Shown here: piece by piece, positions 43,911 to 54,050 of the stretch
Layout of the letters: each line of letters starts with the position of its first letter
Numbering within the stretch: position 1 is the first letter of the stretch
Source: Nitrosomonas sp.
GTDB taxonomy: Bacteria; Pseudomonadota; Gammaproteobacteria; Burkholderiales; Nitrosomonadaceae
NCBI GenBank assembly: GCA_030682075.1
Contig: JAUXRH010000214.1
Location: forward strand, 1-54,050
DNA length: 54,050 nucleotides
Reading direction: 5' to 3'
Made by a program: the position numbers and the translations under genes
The notes under the pieces: model-generated
What the model saw: only the letters and a program-made list of their open reading frames with translations
Told to the model about the DNA's origin: nothing
The model's database searches: none

Positions 43911-46541
43911 ATGCTCCTGTTTCTTTGTTATATTCTTTTATTAGTGATTGCGGTTATTGGAGTGATACTTGCAGTTCCTACTTTACGTCGCCTGATAATT
44001 TCTGACCAGATACTTAATCTCTTCCGCAAAATGCTCCCGCAGATTTCACAAACCGAGCAGGAAGCGCTGGATGCGGGTACGGTATGGTGGGATGGCGACT
44101 TGTTCAGCGGCAAACCCGACTGGAACAAGTTATTGGCCTGTCCCAAACCAAAATTGAGTGCGGAGGAAGTCGCTTTTCTTGATGGTCCCGTCGAACAATT
44201 GTGCGCAATGCTGGATGAATGGAAGATTACCCACGAGTTGCAGGATTTACCGCCGGAAGTCTGGCAATTCATCAAGGATAAAGGTTTTTTTGGTCTGATT
44301 ATTCCCCGGCAATATGGTGGCTATGGCTTCTCGGCGTTGGCGCATTCCCAGGTGGTAATGAAGATCGGCTCGCGCAGCGGTACCGCAGCCGTAACCGTGA
44401 TGGTGCCAAATTCACTGGGGCCCGCAGAGTTGCTATTGCATTACGGCACGGAAGAGCAGAAAAATTATTATTTACCGCGTCTTGCCAAGGGCGTCGAGGT
44501 GCCTTGTCTTGCTTTGACTTCACCCGATGCAGGATCAGATGCGGGTGCAATGCCTGATTTTGGTGTTGTGTGCCGGGGTGAACATGAGGGTAAGCAAGAT
44601 GTGCTGGGTATGCGTGTCACCTGGGAGAAACGCTATATTACGTTAGGTCCTGTCGCTACATTGCTGGGGCTTGCATTCAGGCTGCGTGACCCGGATCGCA
44701 TCCTGGGCGGTGCAGAGGATCTTGGCATTACATTGGCATTGATTCCCACTAATACACCGGGTGTCAATATCGGGCGCCGCCATTTTCCACTCAACGCCGC
44801 ATTCCAGAATGGCCCCAATTCCGGTGATGCGGTATTTATCCCGATGGCGTGGATAATCGGTGGACAAGAAGGCGTGGGGCATGGTTGGCGCATGTTGATG
44901 AACAGCCTTGCTGCAGGACGCTCCATATCACTACCGGCCACCAGTGTTGGCGCCGCCAAGCTGGCCGCACGTACCAGTGGCGCATATAGCAGAGTGCGGA
45001 TACAATTTAAAACCCCGATTGGCTATTTTGAGGGGATTGAAGAAGCGCTGGCGCGTATCGGCGGCAATACTTATATGATGGATGCGGCGCGTGTGATGAC
45101 GGCGGGTGCAGTAGATTCAGGCGAAAAGCCTGCGGTGATTTCAGCCATCGTCAAATATCATCTGACAGAACGTGCGCGACAGGCGATTAACGACGCCATG
45201 GATATCCATGGCGGCAAGGGAATTTGCATTGGACCGAGAAATTATCTGGGACGTGCTTACCAGCAGATTCCCGTTGGTATCACGGTTGAAGGCGCCAATA
45301 TCCTGACGCGTAACATGATTATTTTTGGTCAGGGTGCGATTCGTTGCCATCCTTACATCTTGAAAGAAATTAATGCGGCTCATGAAAAGAATAAAGCACG
45401 CGCGTCCCATGATTTTGATCAGGCACTGATTGGGCATGCTGTGTTTAGCGTTCGCAACGGTGTATTCAGCCCACTATATGGATTAGTTGGTAAATACATG
45501 AAAGCGTGTATTCCAGCTGGCACTCTGCCAGAAACTGCCACTTATTATCAACAATTGACTCGGTTTTCGGCCAATTTTGCATTAATGGCTGATATTGCCT
45601 TGCTGATATTAGGTGGATCACTGAAACGTAAGGAGCGGCTTTCTGCCAGACTGGGTGATATTCTCAGTATGCTCTATATGTGTTCAGCGGCGCTAAAACG
45701 TTTTGAAGATGATGGTCGCCCTGCAGCAGATTTGCCGTTGTTGCATTGGTCAATGCAGGATGCAGTTTATCGACTGCAGCAATCCTTTGATGAACTCCTG
45801 AATAACTTTCCAGGTAACGTTGTCATGGTTTGGTTATTACGCATGCTGGTGTTTCCATTGGGCAAACGCTATTCACCACCATCCGATGTATTGGGTCATG
45901 AAGTCGCGCAATTGATGCTGGAGCCGGGCGCAGCACGAGATCGCCTGACCGCAGGCATCTATGTCCCGACAGCCGCCGACGAACCACTGGCTGATCTGGA
46001 AGCGGCATTGCGGTGCGCTGTTGAGAGTGTGGCAATAGAAGCCAAATTGCGCAGTGCAGTTAAGACAGGCCAAATTACCGCGCAAAGTGATGAGAAAATT
46101 TCCAAGGCACTGCAACAGAATATTATTACGGCTTCTGAGGCGGAGTTGCTCAATAAAATGAAAGACCTGCGACGACGGGTGATCATGGTCGATGACTTTC
46201 CCCCGGATTTTGGTAAAGAGTCAGATGTCACCTTACCCACCTTACCTGAGGCAGGCAAATCAAGTCTGTTTCACGCTGAGCAAATGAATGCAATCGCGGC
46301 TTCAGATTTGTTCGCCGACAAGGATGCCAGTAAAGATGAGATAGATGGTAATCCCGAGAAAGACTCAGAAGAAAATCCTGAGGGGGCGGTAGAAAGTGGC
46401 CATGAAGTTGGTTTTAATGATAATCAGGAAGAAATTGCAGGAAGTAATCATGAAAAAGTTACGGAAAATAATCCTGAAGAAGACTTAAAGGAAAATCCAG
46501 AAAACCAGGAAAACCCCAGCAAATCTGGCAAAGTAATATGA
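43911..46541 (+). CDS. fadE: Acyl-CoA dehydrogenase FadE (membrane-anchored type) with acidic C-terminal tail
   Basis: EALDAGTVWW, VMVPNSLGPAELL, WEKRYITLGP and ITVEGANILTR motifs. Confidence 0.93.
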   Translation: MLLFLCYILLLVIAVIGVILAVPTLRRLIISDQILNLFRKMLPQISQTEQEALDAGTVWWDGDLFSGKPDWNKLLACPKPKLSAEEVAFLDGPVEQLCAMLDEWKITHELQDLPPEVWQFIKDKGFFGLIIPRQYGGYGFSALAHSQVVMKIGSRSGTAAVTVMVPNSLGPAELLLHYGTEEQKNYYLPRLAKGVEVPCLALTSPDAGSDAGAMPDFGVVCRGEHEGKQDVLGMRVTWEKRYITLGPVATLLGLAFRLRDPDRILGGAEDLGITLALIPTNTPGVNIGRRHFPLNAAFQNGPNSGDAVFIPMAWIIGGQEGVGHGWRMLMNSLAAGRSISLPATSVGAAKLAARTSGAYSRVRIQFKTPIGYFEGIEEALARIGGNTYMMDAARVMTAGAVDSGEKPAVISAIVKYHLTERARQAINDAMDIHGGKGICIGPRNYLGRAYQQIPVGITVEGANILTRNMIIFGQGAIRCHPYILKEINAAHEKNKARASHDFDQALIGHAVFSVRNGVFSPLYGLVGKYMKACIPAGTLPETATYYQQLTRFSANFALMADIALLILGGSLKRKERLSARLGDILSMLYMCSAALKRFEDDGRPAADLPLLHWSMQDAVYRLQQSFDELLNNFPGNVVMVWLLRMLVFPLGKRYSPPSDVLGHEVAQLMLEPGAARDRLTAGIYVPTAADEPLADLEAALRCAVESVAIEAKLRSAVKTGQITAQSDEKISKALQQNIITASEAELLNKMKDLRRRVIMVDDFPPDFGKESDVTLPTLPEAGKSSLFHAEQMNAIAASDLFADKDASKDEIDGNPEKDSEENPEGAVESGHEVGFNDNQEEIAGSNHEKVTENNPEEDLKENPENQENPSKSGKVI

Positions 46542-48361
46542 CCTCTATTATTTCAGTAGAACAAGCGAAAACACTGGATGGTTTATTTGGCGAACGGGTG
46601 ATCCGTTCGCCGCAAAATATAGCTTATCGGTATTTTGATCAACTGAATGAACAATGGTGTGACCATACCTGGACACAGATGGGGCAAGCAGTGGCACGCT
46701 GGCAGGTTGCGTTGAGCAAGGAAACGCTGGTTCCTGGTGACCGGGTAGCGGTGATGTTAAGAAACTGCCCGGAATGGGTCATGTTTGAGCAGGCAGCATT
46801 AGGCTTGGGACTGGTCATCGTACCATTTTACACAGAAGATCGCGCTGACAATGTTGCCTATATGCTGTCTGATGCGGGCGTCAAGTTATTGCTGCTGGAG
46901 AAAACCGCGCAGTGGCAAGAAGTCTGTGATGCATGTCATCAGATTGTCGGGTTACAGCGGGTAGTGATCGTTAACACGCTGGATCAAAATAACAATTATT
47001 CGTGCGCGGAAAGCTTGCTGGTCTCACATAATGATTGGTTGCCAGCAGAAACGAAGGAACATCAGATAGATAGCGTTCAGCATGTGAGCAGTGACCCGCA
47101 GCGCCTGGCTACGATTATCTATACCTCCGGCACTACGGGTCGGCCAAAAGGGGTGATGCTCAGTCATTACAATATTCTGACCAATGCCCACAGCTGCTTG
47201 CAGATTGTGCCGGTTTTGCAAGAAGATCTGTTGCTCTCTTTTTTGCCCCTGTCACATACATTTGAGCGCACAGTCGGTTACTATATCCCTATGATGTGCG
47301 GTGCTTTAATCGCCTATGCGCGTTCGACTCAGCAATTGCAGGAAGACTTGCTGACGATCCGTCCGACTATTCTTGTTTCAGTGCCGCGAATCTATGAAAG
47401 GGTTTACGCAGGTATTCGTGCCAAACTTGCGCAAGGGTCGGAACTGAGCAGGCAATTATTTAATTTTGCCGTCGATGTAGGCTACAGTCGATTTGAACAT
47501 CAGCAGGGGCGAGGTCCCTGGAAATTATCACATTTATTGTGGCCACTACTGGATAAATTGGTGGCAAATAAGTTAATGAACAGGCTCGGTGGCCGATTGC
47601 GGCAAGCAATGAGTGGCGGCGCACCGTTATCAGCCGAGATGTCACGCGTATTTATTGGCTTGGGTTTGCCCATTTTGCAAGGTTTTGGCATGACTGAAAC
47701 CAGTCCCGTTGTCTGTACCAATCGGCTTGAGGATAATGTGCCTACCAGTGTTGGCCGACCCATTCCAAAGGTGGAAATTAAATTGGGTGAAAATAATGCG
47801 CTGCTGATTCGTGGCCCCAATGTGATGCTGGGTTACTGGAATAATCCAGAAGCAACCAAGGCGGCCATATCTGCTGATGGATGGCTTAATTCTGGCGATG
47901 TGGCTGCCGTTGACGCGCAAGATCATGTAATCATTACCGGACGAATCAAAGAGATTATCGTGATGTCCACGGGGGAGAAGATTCCCCCTGCCGACATAGA
48001 GGCCGCCATCCTTCGTGATTCATTATTTGAACAAGTGATATTAGTGGGTGAAGGACGTTCCTATTTAAGTGTGTTGGTAGTCCTTGACCCGAAAAAATGG
48101 CAATCAGTCTGCGCACAGCATCAGCTTGATGCTGATCTCCATAACCCCGCCCAGCGACAGCAGATAGAAGAACTATTGCTACCGAGAATTACGCACCAAA
48201 TACATGACTTTCCGGGTTATGCCAAAATATACCGGGTTGCACTGATACCTGAGCCGTGGACAGTTGAGAATGAAATGCTGACACCCACGTTGAAACTACG
48301 GCGAGTAAAGATTATGGAACACTACAAGTCTGAAGTGGAAAGACTCTACGAAGGGCATTAA
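46538..48361 (+). CDS. Long-chain fatty acid-CoA ligase
   Basis: YTSGTTGRPKG, GFGMTET, GWLNSGD and LTPTLK motifs; ATGA overlap with fadE. Confidence 0.92.
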   Translation: MTSIISVEQAKTLDGLFGERVIRSPQNIAYRYFDQLNEQWCDHTWTQMGQAVARWQVALSKETLVPGDRVAVMLRNCPEWVMFEQAALGLGLVIVPFYTEDRADNVAYMLSDAGVKLLLLEKTAQWQEVCDACHQIVGLQRVVIVNTLDQNNNYSCAESLLVSHNDWLPAETKEHQIDSVQHVSSDPQRLATIIYTSGTTGRPKGVMLSHYNILTNAHSCLQIVPVLQEDLLLSFLPLSHTFERTVGYYIPMMCGALIAYARSTQQLQEDLLTIRPTILVSVPRIYERVYAGIRAKLAQGSELSRQLFNFAVDVGYSRFEHQQGRGPWKLSHLLWPLLDKLVANKLMNRLGGRLRQAMSGGAPLSAEMSRVFIGLGLPILQGFGMTETSPVVCTNRLEDNVPTSVGRPIPKVEIKLGENNALLIRGPNVMLGYWNNPEATKAAISADGWLNSGDVAAVDAQDHVIITGRIKEIIVMSTGEKIPPADIEAAILRDSLFEQVILVGEGRSYLSVLVVLDPKKWQSVCAQHQLDADLHNPAQRQQIEELLLPRITHQIHDFPGYAKIYRVALIPEPWTVENEMLTPTLKLRRVKIMEHYKSEVERLYEGH

Positions 48362-48441
48362 AATTTACTCACGGCACTACAAGACGGCTGGACTGAGTTT
48401 GGATGAAGTGCTATGTTGATATCTTTCCAAGAGGGACGTTG

Positions 48442-48801
48442 ATGGCAAAAGAAACCGGCAAACTGGATAAGTTAATACTTGAGGCACGGCAAAACGCAGA
48501 CAAACGCGCCAAGGGATATCGGGAACAAGCGCTCAAATTGTACCCGTGGGTGTGTGGCCGCTGTGCACGTGGCTTCGACCACAGTACGCTTCAGTTGTTA
48601 GAAGTCCATCACAAGAATAATAATCACGACGATAATCCGCCCGATGGCAGCAATTGGGAACTGCTATGCACGTATTGTCATGAAAACGAACATGCCAGGA
48701 TTAAGGACTCAATGGGGCGTACTGATGGTGGAAATATTGAAACGGCGGCTACTTTTAATCCTTTTGCCAATCTTAAGGATTTGATGAAGGGCAAGCCGTG
48801 A
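48442..48801 (+). CDS. yajD: YajD-family HNH nuclease
   Basis: YREQALKLYPWVCGRC..VHH....DGSNWELLC.YCHENEH..ATFNPFA.L. Confidence 0.9.
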   Translation: MAKETGKLDKLILEARQNADKRAKGYREQALKLYPWVCGRCARGFDHSTLQLLEVHHKNNNHDDNPPDGSNWELLCTYCHENEHARIKDSMGRTDGGNIETAATFNPFANLKDLMKGKP

Positions 48802-48826
48802 TTGATCGTAAAACCAACTCTGGTTT

Positions 48827-48878
48827 GAAACCCCGCCCTTCAGGGCGGTACGAAGGTCGAAACCCCGGCCTGAAGGCC
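48827..48878. mobile_element. IS200/IS605-type end-hairpin remnant
   Basis: GAAACCCCGCCCTTCAGGGCGG and GAAACCCCGGCCTGAAGGCC, 10 bp apart, with no transposase. Confidence 0.5.
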
Positions 48879-49009
48879 TGTATTAGTTGCTGAACAATGG
48901 CGTGATTCGAACGGTAATGATCCGTTTGACGGATTAAGCGGATAAAAAAACAGACATTCGCTATCGCAACATCAACCTGCTCCTCAAAGCCCTTCTTGAG
49001 CATGGCTGA

Positions 49010-50122
49010 TTACAGCCATCCTTTCTTCTTGAAATAGATCAACAGGCCAATGCTGATGGATATAAACAATACCCATAGCGCAGGGTAAGCCCAGCGCCAT
49101 TTCAATTCCGGCATATATTCAAAATTCATCCCGTAGACACCGGCGATAAAGGTCAGCGGTATGAAGATAGAAGCGAAAATAGTCAGAATTTTCATGGTTT
49201 CGTTCATTCTGTTGCTGAGACTGGAGAGGTAAATATCATGCATGGCGGCGATTCTTTCCCGGAAAGACTCCAGCGAGTCGGTGACACGCAACACATGGTC
49301 ATAGACATCACCGTAATAACGTGAAGTTTTTTCCTGCAACAGGGCCGTGTCGGTACGCTGGATAGTCGCCAGCAATTCACGCAATGGAGAAATGCTGCGT
49401 TTCATGGTAATCAGTTCGCGACGAACCTGCTGGATGAGCTGCAAGCTTTCTTTGCCTGGATTGAATACCAGGTTGTCTTCCAATAAATCGAAAATTTCAT
49501 CCAGGTTGTCTTCCACGACAAAATATTCATCAACAATCGTATCCAGTATCACGTAAGCCAGATAATCGCTGCCAGATTGGCGCAGGCGGTTTTTTTCGTT
49601 GTGCAGATGGTTGTGGATCGGATTGAACGTATTATCGGCTTTCTCTTTAAAGGTAACCACGTAATTTGCCAGGAGCAGAATACTGATTTGTTCGTAGCGC
49701 AGGCTAAAATCATTTGTCTGGTCCACGCTGATGCCTTTGACGACCAGATAAAGATAATTCTCGTATTCTTCCAGCTTGGGCCGTTGATGCGTGCTTAAAA
49801 TGTCTTCCAGCACCAGGGGGTGAATGTTCAATTCCTGGCCAATGCTTTCCACGATGCGGGTATCGCTTAATCCATCAATATTGACCCAGGTAATCAGCCC
49901 GCTGTTTTGCAACTGTTTCAGTTCATCAATCGAAGCAATATCCTGTTGCAGTAACGTATCAAGGTTGTACTGGGTGACTGAGATTTTGCTTCCGGCCTCA
50001 TGTTTCTCACCGATATGTACCAGTGAACCTGGGGGCAGCCCCGATTTGTCGGCGGAACTGTGCAAGACGGTTTTATCCGTCTGTTGATGCAGGCGATGCC
50101 ATGTCGGGAATTTGAAGCTCAT
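49010..50122 (-). CDS. corA: Magnesium/cobalt transporter CorA
   Basis: GLPPGSL, IHPLVLEDI..QRPK and YGMNF.YMPEL motifs. Confidence 0.96.
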   Translation of the reverse strand: MSFKFPTWHRLHQQTDKTVLHSSADKSGLPPGSLVHIGEKHEAGSKISVTQYNLDTLLQQDIASIDELKQLQNSGLITWVNIDGLSDTRIVESIGQELNIHPLVLEDILSTHQRPKLEEYENYLYLVVKGISVDQTNDFSLRYEQISILLLANYVVTFKEKADNTFNPIHNHLHNEKNRLRQSGSDYLAYVILDTIVDEYFVVEDNLDEIFDLLEDNLVFNPGKESLQLIQQVRRELITMKRSISPLRELLATIQRTDTALLQEKTSRYYGDVYDHVLRVTDSLESFRERIAAMHDIYLSSLSNRMNETMKILTIFASIFIPLTFIAGVYGMNFEYMPELKWRWAYPALWVLFISISIGLLIYFKKKGWL

Positions 50123-50232
50123 CGTGAATAACCTGTAATTTTCTTATAAGATATTTATTCTAAAGATTTTATTCGCCAGCTGGAAGACTAATTAAGTATT
50201 ATCAGCTATTCTGTTGGATTTAGTTTATTTGA

Positions 50233-53200
50233 ATGATCGATATGAACGTAGTAACACGCTGGGTCACATTTTCTCTGTTATTTTTTTTCTTGATGACTTC
50301 CTCATTGCTTGCGGAAGTTACAGAAGTTGTAGAAGTTGCAAAGTCGGCAAATGAAACGGAAATAATGCTGGCGACAATTCGGAAAAAGATTGAGGTAACA
50401 AAAAATAAAGCCAATCTTGAAGAAGCGTTAAAGCAACGTATTCTGAATGCTTATATCGCAGCTGAAGATAATCTGGAAGAACGGTTGTTGTTGCAGCAAC
50501 AGACTGAGGAGATTCAAAATCAGATTAAAGACCTACCGAATGAAATCAAGCGCCTGGAGAAAAGTATCAAGAAAGCGGAACATCAGCTTAAAGATCAGCA
50601 GCAGGAAGCGTTATCACGTTTCCAGGTTAATGAATTGGAACAACGCCTGATTATCGAAAAATCAAATCTTAATCAGCTGAAAGCTTCTATCAATCGATTA
50701 GAAACGCAAATTGCTGATCAACTTAAGCGACCGCAACAAATCAGGGAACAGTCAGCTGAGGTGAAAAATTCACAGGCCAATGCCCAGCAAGAGCAAGCTG
50801 CGTTGAGCGGCCTGGTAAAAAATAAACAGGAACTCAATGCACGCAAGATACAACTGGATAGCCACCTGAGCAGGCTGAATGCAACGCTGACCAAGTTGGA
50901 TCTGGAAAACATTGTATATCCCTTGAGTATGGAGGAGCAGAAACTCGAATTACAATTGTTGAATCTACAAGCTGAACAGTTATCCGCCTTGATTAAAGAG
51001 ATCGATGATTTTCTGGCTGTACAGCGCCAGCAGGAAATTGAAAGCGCACAGGCCAGGCTTATTCAGGCGCAAAAAGAAGCCATCGACAAACACCCGTTCA
51101 TACAAGCCATTACTCGGGAGAATATTCGTTACAACCAGTTACTGCAAAACACTAACCGAAAGATTAAACGGTATATTGATCAGAAGAATAAACTGGAGGA
51201 CCGCTATAAACAGTTAGAGAAGGACTCTCAGAGCGCCGAGCAGAAAATAAATCTGGCAGGGCTCAGTCCAGCTTTGGGTAATCTGTTACGTGAACAACGC
51301 CGTCATTTGCCACTGACTAAAGGCTTTGCGAGTGAGTTTGAAGAAATCCGCCAGGAAACTGCATTAACCAGCCTGGCGCAGTTTCAGCTGGATGAAGAGA
51401 AAAAATTTCTGACCAATATAGACCAGGCTTTGCAGTTGAGAATGTCAGCCTATGCCTTGCGTGATGTTGATGAAGCGGAGCAGCTGAAGATCCAGGCAGA
51501 GTTACGCGTGTTGCTGAGTAATCAAAAAGAGTTTGTATTAAAGCTCGCTTCCGTTTACTCGGAATATTTAAGAACTCTCGCTGATGTCGATTATTCCCTG
51601 CATCATCTGGTTACGCTGGGTGAGAAATTCAATCGCTATTTGAATGAGCGTCTGTTATGGGTGCCCAGCGCCCCCGTGATTGATAAAAACTATGTACAGG
51701 AAATTCTAAAATCCATTGATTGGCTTGGCAACGTATCACACTGGCAGCAGCTTGCCGTCGATATTGAAGACAGCCTGCAGGCCAGCCTATCACTGGCATT
51801 GTTGGGATTTTTCATGATTTCTCTGCAACTAGGGTACCGGCGGGCAATCAAGGCTCGCCTGGATGACACACTGATAAAAGCCAGCAAACCATATACCGAT
51901 CGCTTCGGGTTGACCTTCCATGGTTTGGGTTATGTCTTTCTGCTGGCGCTACCTTTCCCCATGCTGCTGGCCTTACTGGGCTGGCTATTGTTCATCAATG
52001 AACAGGTTGCGATTTTCAGCCATTTGTTTGCCGATGGTCTGCTGGCTGCAGCAATTCCGTTACTGATCATCCAGTTCTTTTACCTGTTATTTAAACCCGC
52101 AGGATTGGCACAGTCACTATTTGGCTGGCAGGGGCATAGCATCCTTCTGTTGCATGGGCAGTTAAAATGGGTTCGTCTGGTGGTGGTTCCTGCGCTGTTT
52201 TTAATTGGCATGTTTGCCGATGAAAGAGATGCTGAACACAGCTACACGTTGGGCAGAATGGCATTGATTATTGCCATGCTGACCTTATGCTACCTGCTTC
52301 ACCGTTTTGCCCACCCAGTGAATGGTTTGGGCAAAGATTTTTACCAGGAAAATCCAGGCCGCTGGATCTGTCGTTTACGTTATATCTGGTATGGTATTCT
52401 GGTATTAGTCCCGTTGATGATTATTGGGTTTGCCATTGCCGGGTATTATCAAAGTGCATTGGAGTTACAGCTTAAGTTAGTCATCTTGCTGCGATTGATA
52501 TTTTTCACCGTTTTATTGCATGAAATTGTCATGCGTTGGCTGGTGCTGGCCAATCGGCAATTGGCACTGCAAAATGCGCGACAAAAACGCAAGCTGCAGG
52601 AGAAGGCAGAGGTCAAGGAAAGAACGGGTGCCGCGACAATTAATCCAGAAGAAGAGCTGTTGCTGGATATCCCCAAAATCAATGAACAAAGCGAAAAATT
52701 ACTCGACACCGTCATTATGGTAATTTTACTAATTGGTTTCTGGCTGACCCTGCGTGATATTTTTCCTGCGCTATCAATTTTTGATCAGGTGGTTCTATGG
52801 CATCAAATGGCCCTGATAGACGGACAGGAGCTATTGCAACCGATAACCCTGGTCAATGTGTTTGTCTGTTTTCTGTATCTGGTACTGATGCTGGTTTTTG
52901 TTAAGAATTTTCCTGGTCTGATCGATTTATTCCTGGTTGGCAGATACAGTATGTCTTCCGGCAGTCGTTATGCATTCATTCATCTGGCCAGCTATGCCGT
53001 CATTACGATTACTTTTATTGCCATAGCCAACAAACTGGGTGGCAACTGGTCACAGGTGCAATGGCTGGTGGCAGCAATCAGTGTCGGCTTGGGTTTTGGC
53101 TTGCAGGAGATTTTTGCCAATATGGTGTCAGGGATTATTCTGTTGTTCGAACGTCCCATCCGAGTCGGCGATACCATCACCGTCGGCGATATCCATGGCA

Positions 53201-53640
53201 AAGTCAGCCGGATTCAAATACGCGCAACCACCATTGTCGACTGGGATCAGAAAGAGCTGATCGTGCCAAATAAAACATTCATCACCGACAAGCTCATCAA
53301 CTGGACTTTAACCGATACCGTCACGCGAGTGGTCATTCCCGTCGGCGTTGCTTATGATAGTGACGAGGAACTGGCGCTCAATCTTCTCAAACAGATCACC
53401 GAAGAAACGCCGCTGGTGCTGAAAGATCCTAAGCCATCCGTATTTTTTATCGGTTTTGGTGAGAGTTCGCTGGATTTCAGCCTGCGGGTGTTTGTGCGTG
53501 ACATGGAAGATCGACTCATCGTCACTGACGCGATACACCGCAGAATCAGGCGCGTTTTTAAGGAACACCATATCGAGATTCCATTTCCACAACGTGATTT
53601 GCATATTCGTTCATCGGTACTTTCCGCCGGGAAAATTTGA
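50233..53640 (+). CDS. MscK/KefA-like large mechanosensitive channel (MscS family)
   Basis: Signal peptide, periplasmic coiled coil, multiple TMs, GLGFGLQEIFANMVSG, ERPIRVGD and IPFPQRDLH. Confidence 0.93.
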   Translation: MIDMNVVTRWVTFSLLFFFLMTSSLLAEVTEVVEVAKSANETEIMLATIRKKIEVTKNKANLEEALKQRILNAYIAAEDNLEERLLLQQQTEEIQNQIKDLPNEIKRLEKSIKKAEHQLKDQQQEALSRFQVNELEQRLIIEKSNLNQLKASINRLETQIADQLKRPQQIREQSAEVKNSQANAQQEQAALSGLVKNKQELNARKIQLDSHLSRLNATLTKLDLENIVYPLSMEEQKLELQLLNLQAEQLSALIKEIDDFLAVQRQQEIESAQARLIQAQKEAIDKHPFIQAITRENIRYNQLLQNTNRKIKRYIDQKNKLEDRYKQLEKDSQSAEQKINLAGLSPALGNLLREQRRHLPLTKGFASEFEEIRQETALTSLAQFQLDEEKKFLTNIDQALQLRMSAYALRDVDEAEQLKIQAELRVLLSNQKEFVLKLASVYSEYLRTLADVDYSLHHLVTLGEKFNRYLNERLLWVPSAPVIDKNYVQEILKSIDWLGNVSHWQQLAVDIEDSLQASLSLALLGFFMISLQLGYRRAIKARLDDTLIKASKPYTDRFGLTFHGLGYVFLLALPFPMLLALLGWLLFINEQVAIFSHLFADGLLAAAIPLLIIQFFYLLFKPAGLAQSLFGWQGHSILLLHGQLKWVRLVVVPALFLIGMFADERDAEHSYTLGRMALIIAMLTLCYLLHRFAHPVNGLGKDFYQENPGRWICRLRYIWYGILVLVPLMIIGFAIAGYYQSALELQLKLVILLRLIFFTVLLHEIVMRWLVLANRQLALQNARQKRKLQEKAEVKERTGAATINPEEELLLDIPKINEQSEKLLDTVIMVILLIGFWLTLRDIFPALSIFDQVVLWHQMALIDGQELLQPITLVNVFVCFLYLVLMLVFVKNFPGLIDLFLVGRYSMSSGSRYAFIHLASYAVITITFIAIANKLGGNWSQVQWLVAAISVGLGFGLQEIFANMVSGIILLFERPIRVGDTITVGDIHGKVSRIQIRATTIVDWDQKELIVPNKTFITDKLINWTLTDTVTRVVIPVGVAYDSDEELALNLLKQITEETPLVLKDPKPSVFFIGFGESSLDFSLRVFVRDMEDRLIVTDAIHRRIRRVFKEHHIEIPFPQRDLHIRSSVLSAGKI

Positions 53641-53660
53641 TAGCCACGTGAAAAGGCGGA

Positions 53661-53679
53661 AAAGGGGACGCTACCCTTT
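53661..53679. repeat. Short REP-like hairpin upstream of the RAYT gene
   Basis: AAAGGG-GACGCTA-CCCTTT, ending 27 bp before the ATG. Confidence 0.45.
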
Positions 53680-53706
53680 ATTATTGGATTCAATTACAAT
53701 CCATGA

Positions 53707-54050
53707 ATGCCAAGACTAAGCAGAACTGTATTTGCCGGGATGCCGCATCACATCACTCAGCGAGGAAATCGACGAGAAAATGTATTTTTCTCCGATGAAG
53801 ATCGAAAAATCTATCTCGATTGGTTAAAAGAGTATTGCGGCAAACACGGTGTGGACATTTTGGCTTACTGCCTGATGACAAATCACATACACCTTGTTGC
53901 AGTTCCTGAAACGGAAGCAGGATTGCAGAAGGTTTTAAAACCATTGCATATGCGCTATGCACAGAAGATAAACCGGGATCAAGGATGGAAAGGTCACTTA
54001 TGGCAAGGGCGATTTTTCTCATCCCCTTTGGGGGATGCCTATTTATGGGC
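53707..54050 (+). CDS. REP-associated tyrosine transposase (Y1 HUH, RAYT), truncated by the window end
   Basis: Manual translation gives MPRLSR...HHITQRGNRR..VF..AYCLMTNHIHL...GHLWQGRF. It is absent from the ORF track because no stop falls inside the window. Confidence 0.9.
   Translation, partial: MPRLSRTVFAGMPHHITQRGNRRENVFFSDEDRKIYLDWLKEYCGKHGVDILAYCLMTNHIHLVAVPETEAGLQKVLKPLHMRYAQKINRDQGWKGHLWQGRFFSSPLGDAYLW

Noticed and set aside
48442-48801. HNH nuclease as a defence system or mobile endonuclease
   Set aside because: It matches the conserved stand-alone YajD family, with no partner genes nearby.
53753-54022. 89-aa minus-strand ORF and the many other antisense ORFs in the track
   Set aside because: These are shadows of well-supported genes on the opposite strand; this one overlaps the RAYT.

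Overview
This 54 kb chromosomal window comes from a betaproteobacterium; gene order and AT-rich intergenic DNA suggest Nitrosomonas or a relative (inference). Core blocks are bamE-fur, ybgC-tolQRAB-pal-cpoB-queE-queC, folB-plsY-tsaD, rpsU-yqeY-dnaG-rpoD-tRNA-Ile(CAT), dapE, fadE plus an acyl-CoA synthetase, yajD, corA and an MscK-like channel. There are two signalling blocks: a hybrid kinase with an HD-GYP regulator, and a ~10 kb aer/GGDEF-EAL/two-component cluster. The main accessory element is a ~7.8 kb phage-satellite-like island integrated in tRNA-Ile(CAT) between 54-bp att repeats. It carries a tyrosine integrase, higBA, an orphan brnA with a brnT stump, a putative structured RNA, an AlpA-like gene, a primase-helicase, an iteron origin, and a non-coding stretch in which a 24-bp repeat alternates with different palindromes. 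Intergenic DNA holds two MITE families: five copies of a ~180-bp element with 4-bp target duplications, and two copies of a second family, one of which hosts a nested copy of the first. The two families appear to share a folded internal core. An IS200/IS605-type end remnant and a truncated REP-associated tyrosine transposase lie toward the right end.
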